Below, piece after piece: positions 52,489 to 62,679 of a stretch of DNA of 62,679 nt. The position numbers and the translations under genes are program-made. The stretch is taken from NCBI RefSeq assembly GCF_006345805.1, contig NW_021832132.1, forward strand, positions 1 through 62,679, read 5' to 3'. Numbering within the stretch: the stretch's first letter is position 1; each line of letters opens with the position of its first letter. The stretch comes from Octopus sinensis (lineage: Eukaryota). The notes beneath the pieces are model-generated. The model saw nothing but the letters and a program-made list of their open reading frames with translations. It ran no database searches and was not told the DNA's origin.

Positions 52489-53556
52489 TGTATGTCATTA
52501 TTCAGCTTCATTTCAACATTTATTGCCAATAGCGAAATAATCGTTTTCCAGCCTAGATCCAAAGAGCCATCATTCGGATTTCACCTTCATCAGGGTATTT
52601 TTGTATGTATGTAAATATATATGCATGTATGTATGTAGGTATGTATATGTGCAGATTTGTGTTTTGCGTTATGTATATATCCTCATACATATACATGCAT
52701 GAGCAGACATGCAATTTCTGGAAAGCCTTACAAGTTCCAGTGATGACTTGACTCTGTAGTTTTCGAATCAGCTTTCTCCTTTTTAGTTTTGAGAAACCTT
52801 ATTTATCATGATTGGTATTTAGGCAGTGAATCACATATCCCAGTGCCCCAATAATTATAGTCATAAACTCGAACTTGTAATCTGAATAGAGTAACTGTAG
52901 ATATTTCAATAGTTCAGCGAAGATATTTTCTGCATTTGCTCATTTTTAGCTTCGAGTTAACGTCCGCGGCGCAGCTGATTTCCACAACTGTACAGAGTTT
53001 CTCTTCTCTAACCCAAATCATTATATCAGTCTGGATCGATGTTATATTTCTGCTCCTTGTGTTCGTCTTAGGTTGAAGCAGTCTACGTCGCTGTTGATGT
53101 GTAAATTATGTGCCTGTTACGATCTTCCGGGATTTCACATCAATGGCTCTGATCTCATCAAGCGTCCGATGAAGCAGCCCAAATGTTGGTACGTGAACTG
53201 GCACTGCAAACATATTCTGGGACACTGTTTTCCTGAATTTAGTGAGTTCCGAGGTCCATATTATATATGTATGTGCGTATGTATATGCGCATATATGTGT
53301 GCATGTACGAACTAATGTATGTGTGCGTGTGCTTATATATTTATATTCTTGCATATATCACAATCGATCTGCAACCACGTGACTGCGTCAGGAACATTTC
53401 AATGAATTGTTCGTACTTCGCCTGTCTCTCTTCCCATTCTCCAACAGTGCTACACACAAAGACCTTATCAGAAATGTCATAAACAAGTCTTCCTATGTAT
53501 GCGATGAGTATATATATATACACACACACACACATATATATATATACACACATACT

Positions 53557-53633
<77 letters not shown>

Positions 53634-54259
53634 GACGTAGCAACGTGATAGCTGAAATTCTTGATTTCTATTATCATGAAGTTTACCCGTGAAAACAATT
53701 GACAAATTGATAATTGATAAACACTTCTCCCACACTTGTATACATCATACGATATACATACATACACCCGCGTGTACACACACGTATATATACGCGCACA
53801 CACTCATGCACCCACACTCCCAGTCATATGATTCTAAATCGCATGTTATTTACATCTGTATTTGCCTATTTGTCTCTCTATGCATTCACACAAAATGTTA
53901 CGAAACCATACAATGCATACATTTATTTAAGCATAAGTGTAAATGTATATATGTAGATGTGTATGATTGTGTGTTTCTGCGGGTGTCGTTGTGTGTGTGT
54001 GTGTGTGTGTGTGTGTGCATGTCGTTGGGTGGTGGGGAGGGTAAATGTGTGTGGTGGGATTATGTTTTTGTATGTGAGTATATGAGAATGTTCGGCATTT
54101 ATTGTTGTAAGTACGAATATTACGTTAGGCAATATATACACGAAGCCTATAAAGCTGGATAAAAAGTGAATATGTATATCCGTTTGTTTCTCCCCCTAAC
54201 ACACAGGCACGCACACACACACACACACACACCACACGCACACAAACACAGATACATAT

Positions 54260-54313
54260 CCTTAGATAGATAGGTAGACAGATAGATTGATAGATATATA
54301 GATAGAGAGATAA

Positions 54314-54393
<80 letters not shown>

Positions 54394-54416
54394 CAGACAG
54401 AAGCTAGATAAGATAG

Positions 54417-54447
<31 letters not shown>

Positions 54448-54622
54448 GATAAATAGATAGATAGATAGATAGAAGATCGATAGATGATAGATAGATAGAA
54501 ATAGAGAGATAAATAGAGATAGATAGATAGATAAATAGAGATATAGATAGATAAATAGATAGATAAATAGATAGATAAATAGATTGATAGATGCATAAAT
54601 ATATATATATATATATAGAGAG

Positions 54623-54674
<52 letters not shown>

Positions 54675-54740
54675 TAGATAGATAGATAGATACATACATA
54701 AATATATAGATAAATAGATAAATAGATAGATAGATGCATA
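54260..54740. repeat. (GATA)n array
   Basis: Directly visible. Confidence 0.95.
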
Positions 54741-55924
54741 CGCACATGCACCCATATATATGTAGCTGTGTGCACGTATGTACATATATAACCACACACA
54801 CACACACTCAGACACACACACACACACATTAAGCTTTAATAAACTTACGCGTTTATGAAATTTCATGTTTGTTTTTTCATTTGGTGACGTACATTGTGAT
54901 ACTGACAGTACGGATGTATACATATATAGGAACGCACATGTATCATGCATATACACACTCACACGTATGAACATATATATGCGTGTGTATTTATAAACAA
55001 TCATATGTTCACACGTACACACACACATGTATATATACACACACAATAATACATACATAGATTTTTACTTGATGCCACTTCTTTGCATCGGATTCATGAA
55101 TGACAATAAAATATACGTAATATATACGGGTATATGTTTTTTGTTCTTATTTTCTGAGATCTATATAATTGAATCTAAAGATATTTTTTAAAGGTGTTTC
55201 TCTATATATATTTCATATGTGTATTCGTTTATATTTGATTGTACGTGTGCTGGCGAGTGTTTATGTTCGTGCTTATGTGTTTGTTGTGAGCTCTACAAAA
55301 AAATAATAATAATTTTTGAGTGTATACAATATTCTACGAACTTTCATAAATTCCTTTTCACAAAGGAAAGTTTCAGAGAAAAAATATTTATCTATTCCAA
55401 TATTTCTGCTTATGGCATACCCTAAGTCTTAAACTAGAATATTTGAAAGGAGTTTTAAACAGGTAAACAACAGTAAAAAAAAAACAGAAACTCTGACGAA
55501 ACATGCGTTCGATACGCGGCATGTTAACCTTTTTTACTGGTTTCGATATTGTAAAATCCAGTAATAGATTGTTGACAGCCACGAAAATAACTTTTTATGT
55601 GATTCTTAATCAGGCGTTGATGGTGTCTAAGATGTTCTCGGCAAGGTGTTTGTCAGATTTAACTTATCTAATTTCATATTGCCCGGTGAATACATACATT
55701 GGTAAATGTTAAAATTTGGGAGTTCTTTTCTAGAATATGTAAATAGGATTCTACGTTTCTAAAATTATTTTCGTAATAGCGTGGTAGCAGTTTCCATCCC
55801 ACCGTGCAGAATTTTGGGTCAGTTAACCAAAGCTGTCAGAGAATAATTTGGTCCACGGAACCTGTGTTATATACAGTTGTTAGCCTGTGCAAAGGATTTT
55901 GGTATTGTTGTTCTTCTTCTTCTT

Positions 55925-56153
55925 GGCAAGGTCGTTAGCACGTCGGGCAAAATGCTAAGCGGCATTCCGTACGTCTTCTCATTCTAGATTCAAATTCCGC
56001 TGAGGTTCACTTTACCTTTCATCCCTTCGGGTTTGATAAATTAAGTACTAGTGATTCACTGGGGTCAATGTAAACAACTTGTCCCCTCCCCCATGTTTTA
56101 GGCCTTGTAGAAAGGATTCTTCTTCTTCTTCTTCTTCTTCTTCTCTTCTTCTC

Positions 56154-56210
<57 letters not shown>

Positions 56211-56355
56211 CGTCGAGCTGGCAAAATCGTTAGCAGGCTGGGCAAAATGCTTAGCGGCGTTTCGTCGGTCCTTATGGTCTGAGTTCAAATTCGGCTACGG
56301 TTGATCTCGATTTTCGTCCTTTCGGGGTAGACAGAATAACTCCCAGTTGTGCACT
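55925..56355 (+). mobile_element. Two old-type SINE-B copies separated by (TTC)n(TTA)n
   Basis: 55925-56118 and 56207-56355 both align to the B head and body. Confidence 0.75.
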
Positions 56356-56661
56356 CGAGTAATACAGCCATAACGTGCTACAAAGTACATTAAATGTTTT
56401 TTATAGGTCTATTCTGTGTTTTACTATTGTTAGCAGTGCTATTACATCACTTAAGTTTATTTCTAAACAACGAGATAAAATAGGTAATGACAAAATCAAT
56501 GGTGCTTACAATTTCTATAGAAAATCTGAAACGATAAAGTTAATAAGTGATATACTCTTTTATTCTTTGTATGCATAATACTTATTACCGAGACGTAGAC
56601 AAACCAACAGCGGTTGACAAGCGATGATGGGGGTGGGGACAAACACAGAGACACAAACATA

Positions 56662-57059
56662 TCTTTATATATAAAAGAGAAGTTCTGTGTCTGTCTCCTA
56701 CGATTTAGATTCCTAACTACTCCCACATTTTGCGGTGCAGTTTAACCAAAACCGAGTATCTTATAGTCGTGATTCATATCGAGCCCTTCTGGGTATTAAC
56801 GCGCGTCTACGATGAGTCTACGATTCTATAAAAAAATTACCATTAATTTTTCCATTTTAATGCATATTTTTCGCTATTATATAAGGGAAGTAACTCTCTA
56901 AAAATGTCTACGATGAGGCAACGATTTAAAAAAAAATTTACCATCATATTTTTTCCATTTTTAATGCATTTTTTTGCTATTTTTTGGCTATAACTCTCTA
57001 AAAATGCTTATATTGTTATTTCCCTTACAAACCCGAGCAACGCCGGGCGATACTGCTAG
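56662..57059 (+). mobile_element. Non-autonomous Helitron (~398 bp)
   Basis: A|TCTTTATATATAAAAG...; 3' hairpin cccgagcaacgccggg, 8 nt, CTAG|T; internal tandem duplication. Inserted next to a SINE-A 3' half (about 56575-56661, -). Confidence 0.88.
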
Positions 57060-57669
57060 TATATATATATATACGCACACATCAATATTTGGAACGCAAT
57101 ATAGCAGAAAGTTTGGGTATTACCCGTGGTTTTCTACTGACAGGTTTCACGGCCATACTTCGTTCGAAATATTACGTTCTTGAATGTAAAATGCGAAACG
57201 CCTTCGAAACTTCCAAAGCTTGTTTACAAAATGTTGTTGCCTATATATATATAATATTATATATATATAATCCTCTCGCTCTTTTTTTCTTAAACATATT
57301 TTCTAATTCACACTTAACTGCCTTTTCTTCAGATATTTATACATAAGCACTTCACTTATATTACATTTTCACACTATTTACTGACTTTGTACTTCCCCCC
57401 TTCCCGACCTTATACCAGTTTTTATGTTATTATTTTTTCACACCAACTCTTTTTTTTTCTCACGCCTTTCTCTCTCTCACCTGTATCTCATTCACACCCA
57501 TTCACCTTCATTTCCCACAAATCTTACCCCACTCTTGCACACCTTCAGACTTCGCTAGTAACTACACGCACCTCCCCCTATGCCCATCTCTTCGTTCCGA
57601 TACATTCCTACACAAGAAGACAACTTCCTAATTCCTCCACATAGTACCGTGTACCCACTCAGACCCTAC

Positions 57670-57840
57670 ACACTTCTTCTTCTCCTTTTTCTCCTTCTTC
57701 TTCTTCTTCTTCTTCTTCTCCTCCTTCCTCTTCTTCTTCTTCTTCCTCTACTTCTGCTTCTTCTTCTTCTTCTTTTTCCTCCTCTTCTTCTTCTTTTTCC
57801 TCCTCCTCCTCTTCTTCTCCTCCTCCACCTCCTCTTCCTT
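57670..57840. repeat. (CTT/CCT)n microsatellite
   Basis: Directly visible. Source of the poly-L and poly-R ORFs. Confidence 0.95.
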
Positions 57841-58266
57841 TCCCCGATCACCCTTCTTTCCACCGAAACGTTAAAGCCTGTCTTTCCTTTCAAGCCATAT
57901 ACTAATAACATCTTTCTTAAAACTTGTGCATCTTCTGTGTTTTTCTTCATTTTACTCATTCTTCTTATTCGCAAAAAAACATACATTCGCAAACACAGAT
58001 AGACAGACGGACGGACAGACAGATAAACAGATATTCATAATAGATAGATAGGGTTATAATTCAACAAGCGAAGTAAGGTAGCTAGTTAGAAAATCAGTAT
58101 AAATATTATTTTAATACTTGTTCTGAAGAATTATAACAGAAAACAAAAAAATGATTTGCTATTATTTATTCTACATTACATATATTACATTAAACAGGTG
58201 TTACGTAGGTATACTCATAGAAAAAACTTCAAGTTTTTATTCTGTTTTAATACATTTTCATATATG

Positions 58267-58303
<37 letters not shown>

Positions 58304-58451
58304 TAACATTATAAGTTCAGCAAAACAATTTAGATTCAAATGAATATGGTACTTAATTTAGATGCACCAGAATTTTTTATGGTATTAACCATAAAGTTAT
58401 GTGGGGTGATTGTAACCAAAAAATTGGTTATATACTAACATTATATATATA

Positions 58452-59016
58452 CTAACATTATGACCCGGCGTTGCCGGGTCTAGTGCTAGTGAAACATATT
58501 TGGTCTTTCATGAAAATCCCGTTCTCTTGTCATTCACTTGGTCTAACTCGTTAATTATTCCCTGCATTTCTCAAATCATAAAAGCGTGCATGTTTGAAAG
58601 CCAAAATACATGATAACGCATCTTCGCAAAACACAAAAATGCGCAGAGTCATACAGACTGTCTGCAAATGCGCATGCGCATTCTACTGTCAAGGGTAAAA
58701 TTATCTCCGTCCAATCGAAAAACAGCCGGCAGTCTATTGGCGTATCTAGCTGTACGCACACACCTCGTGCAAATTTGTATGATTTGGCGATTTTGAATGG
58801 ATATACCCATAACATATGGGCATAACGGGTCGGTTTATCAATTTTTTAATGGCTTTCTGGGGTGATTGGGGAAAGGAAAAGACCTTCACGATCACCCTCA
58901 GACAGTTTTGATAGCCCATAGAAAATGCGAGCCTTTTACGTGAAAAACTGTGGATTTGTATAAAGAACATACAGACACACAGATACACAGATTTTTGCCG
59001 TTTATAGATATAGAGA
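58452..59016 (-). mobile_element. Non-autonomous Helitron (~565 bp)
   Basis: Reverse complement: A|TCTCTATATCTATAAACGGC...; 3' hairpin gacccggc-aac-gccgggtc, ending TTAG|T with the same 8-nt spacing after ...cgccggg as the 56662 element. Confidence 0.75.
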
Positions 59017-59049
59017 TATATACGTATATAGATGCATACACATTACAGA

Positions 59050-60900
59050 TATGAGAATGTTGTAACTCTGAACCTCTTTCCCACTTTGGTCCGTATTGTC
59101 ATAGGATTCTGTCGTTTCAAATAACTCAGAACTTTTGTGAGTTATCGTTCAGAAGACTGTCAGTGAGTTGGTCTTTGCTGCAGTTACGCTCTATGTCCGA
59201 CGCATGATAAACTAATCTTTCCCTTTTTGCAGATTTTCATTCTCTCTGTGGATGTCGTTATTTTACAACCTGTGTGATTACCTTCTGTTTTATCCCAGTT
59301 GAAGTTTATGGCAGTTTGTTGATGAGAACAGAGATCCATTTAAGTGTGATATTTCCATGCAGGATTTTATTGCTTCTTCACCACTGTTGTTCTTTCAGTC
59401 TTTTAGCCAGTTTCCTTCCTGCTAATGTTCTAAGTAGCTTGAGCAATGTTTTGCCTTCTTTACTGTCTATATCACACCTGAAGGGCGTTGTCAAGAATCT
59501 ATAACTATGGGTCCCCGGGTTCGTGCTACAATATCTTGAGCAGAACTTTTTATGCCTTGAGCCAAGCCGATCCATACCGTGTAAGTAAAAGTGTGTAAAC
59601 AGGCAGAGCATAGAAGTCCGTTGAATGGCTTCTATCAGTAATTCAAAACACAATTTTGCCACACCCTGTATCATATTGTTGTTGCCTGAGAATTACATTT
59701 AAGTATTCACGTGTCTGTGCAATACTCAACCACCTACACGTTGAATCAGAAGTAAATAATTCACTTGATCAAACAACTGAATTCTCAACGAGAGAGATCT
59801 ACCACCATGTCATGCTTGCTGATAATGTTGTGGTATGTAACTTCAAGTATATCTGAGCGCTGTGTGTGTTGTGTGCTTATGTTGCTGTGTGTGACAATTT
59901 GATTTCTTGTTCTCTGGTATTTCTAGTAACAAGAGAAACAATGGATTTGATAAGTGTTTTGTTGTCTGTTATTTTTTAACCAGATGTCTATAAGAATTAT
60001 GCTGAGTTGGAAGTAGTGGTACAGCGGTATTTGAAAGATAGTGGGAAGACTTGAATTAAAATTTACACGTCCATGTGTCTTAGAGTATATTTATTATACA
60101 AATATATCTTTTTTCTCAACGAGGTGTAGGGTACGTTTCGATGTCATATCGGAATGTTGTATGACATATAGACTAAAATAAACATACTGTTGAGGGATTT
60201 GGTCCTTGTGTGATAGCATTCAGCTAATTTCATATTATGTAAATAAACCTTTTGTGTCTACAAAGCGTTGGTTAATCATACAGGATAGATCATACAGAAA
60301 GGTGGTGGAGGGATAAATAAATAAAAACATCGGTGAGAGAATGGATACTTGTGTCATAGTATTGAAGAAATTTCAAATTATGTAAGGGTTAGATTTGTAC
60401 CCTGCATAAGCTTGGTAAACAATTAGGGAGCTAGGCAAGTTATGTGCTGTTTCTTTAGGATGTGGTTTATATTTTGAATATAAGTGATCGGAGGCGTCAA
60501 AGGATCTGTAAACTTGCTAACGTCCATAAATATTATAGTCCTCTGTGTGTGTTTTAGTTATTTGTAAATTTCAAGCATTGTCGCTATCAGGGTTCACAAC
60601 TGTCCTGGTGGTTTAGCTTAGGTCTGAATCTGCCGTGTAATTTAGAGAGAGGAAATATGTGAATTAGTGATGTCACGTATTAGTTTATCTAAAGCTTGAA
60701 GGTGGTCGTAAATGGCTGATGGTTAAATGCAATGACTCTAATTCATTTGGGATTTAGTTATTCTCTGAAACTGATGATGCCCATGTTCCAAGAAGCCATG
60801 TTCTTTTCATGCATCTCGATACTAGCCTCAAAAGGAGTAAATATTAAATATAAAGCATTCGTTTATTTCTGCCCGTGTTCATGTACGTTCTTCTCTGTGT
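59050..60900 (-). mobile_element. Decayed Penelope-like element (RT remnant plus GIY-YIG remnant)
   Basis: GRKLAKRLKEQ and NFNWDKT (GIY-YIG-like), SFDAS..LYS and RFVD (RT-like) across broken frames. A hammerhead-like hairpin remnant lies at 59107-59158. Confidence 0.5.
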
Positions 60901-61813
60901 TATTTGTGTCCCGTGTTTAAATCTTTAGGTCTGTATGCATGCGTATGTCTATGTGTCTGTAAGGGCGTGCGAGTAGGTGTGGTGTGTGTGTGTGTGTGTG
61001 TGTGCATGCCTGAATGTGTGTAGGTGTGTGCGTGTGTATGTATCTGTGCGTGGACAAGTGATCTTATCAACGTCGTTTAATACCGTCTGTATCCATTAAC
61101 CACGACGATCTCATCGGTCGCGGGGTTCTGCAAAAGCAAGGAGCGCAACCTCTATCATCAGATCAAAAGAATAAAACTGATTCTCTCAAAGAAATGTTAT
61201 AATATATAATTTCATTCCGGGAATCTGTAATTATGTATTTGTCTCAGTATTCCCTCACATTTTTAATCTCTCACGTTTGTAATATCATTTACACAGTTGA
61301 GAGAAAGGCATGAATGTCACAGTTCAGTTACACTAAAGTTATCAGCTTTCATACACAAAACATTATTTTGGTGACAAAGATATATTTACAAAAATGATTG
61401 TATATACATGTGTGCATCTAAACATTCCACTCTTCTCTTCTTTTCCTCTTCATACAGGCGAAACGTTCTCTCCGTGTATCTCTGCCTCTCTTTTTTCACA
61501 GTTTATTTGTGTGTGTGTGTGCTTGCGTGACGGTGCCATGACGCGTATGCCTCAATAATTATGTATATATACATATACAATCATATATATATATATATAT
61601 ATATAATATAATATAATATAATATAATATAATATAATAATATGTGCATATTTACAAGCGTAAACATATAGCGAGATGCAAACTGATACGATATAGACGTA
61701 TAGATATATGTGTGGGTGTGTATGCGTGTGTGAGTTTATCTATATACCTACTAGATAGATATACACACATATGCATGTATATATGTGCGTATGTAGATAT
61801 ACACATAAGTTAT

Positions 61814-61988
61814 AGGCGCGGGAGAGGCTGTGCGGTGAGTAACTTGGTTACCAACCACATGGTTCTGTGTTCAGTCCTACTGTGTGGCACCTTGGGCAAG
61901 TACATTCTACTATAGCCTCGGGCCGACCAAAGCCTTGTGTGTGGATTTGGTAGACGGAACCTGAAAGAGGCCCGTCGAATACACAGAC

Positions 61989-62032
<44 letters not shown>

Positions 62033-62250
62033 TGTATATGTTTGTGTGTCTGGGTTTGTCCACCCAATATCGCTTGACAACCGATGCTGGTGTGTTTACG
62101 TCCCCGTAACGTAGCGGTTCGGCAAAACAGACCGATGGAATAAGTACTAGGCTTACAAAGAATAAGTGCTGGGGTCGATTTGCTCGACAAAAGGCGGTGC
62201 TCCAGCATGGTCACAGTCAAATGACTGAAACAAGTAAAAGAGTAAAGAGT
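61814..62250 (+). mobile_element. SINE-A, full length
   Basis: Homologous to 833-1233. Confidence 0.88.
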
Positions 62251-62679
62251 ATAAAGAATTGCTTATATCTATTTCTTTGCTAACAAAATACATTCGTTGA
62301 TGTGTGTGTGTGTGTGTGTGTGGTGTGTGTGTGTGTGTGTGTGTTCATGTGCATATATGACTGTGACACTGTCTATGTGTGTACACGTGTGTCAGGACAA
62401 GCATGTATTTGTACAAAAGCATATATGTGAAAACGCCTGAATATCTCTCTCTCTCTCGTCTCTCTCTCTCTCTCTCTATATATATATTATATATATAATA
62501 TATATATAATATATATATAGATATATCATATACATATACATATATACATATATATTATAATATATTATATATATATTTACGCCTATGTATGAATATACGT
62601 GTATTTCAGTTAATGTGACGATAAATTACAAATACATGTGTGTCAATTTCTATGATGCTGCGTAAACTTTGAAACACAG

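Noticed and set aside
52570-52594. Hammerhead-like ctgatgaaggtgaaatccgaat (-), and a similar motif at 38665-38692
   Set aside because: The GAAA core or stem pairing is broken; too degenerate to call.
57580-58002. Poly-L and poly-R ORFs resembling signal peptides or protamines
   Set aside because: Translations of a (CTT/CCT)n microsatellite.

Overview
Repeat-dominated, AT-rich eukaryotic DNA, most likely intergenic or large-intron sequence from an octopus. The species call is inferred from the SINE families, which match octopus repeats as I remember them, and from the dense (TA)n/(TG)n/(TATG)n/(GATA)n/(TTA)n microsatellites. I cannot support any host protein-coding exon, and nearly all ORFs in the track are microsatellite artefacts. 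The only real coding remnants are transposon-derived: a 5'-truncated L1/Tx1-type LINE (24120-25705, -), three R4/Dong-type RLE LINE fragments, a decayed Penelope-like element and a mariner-derived MITE. There are about 40 tRNA-derived SINE copies (my working labels A-E, not official names), two non-autonomous Helitrons and two TIR MITEs. The most interesting signals are: (1) the Tx1-like LINE 3' end matches the 3' tail of the younger SINE-B form; (2) this LINE sits inside an older SINE-B copy at about the hairpin where old and young tails diverge, suggesting a tail-swap origin for the young SINE; (3) recurrent SINE-B dimer junctions; (4) head/tail shuffling among SINEs C, D and E, with a covarying hairpin; (5) a minimal hammerhead-ribozyme-like motif. 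Coordinates were read by eye and may be off by a few bases, more for decayed elements.
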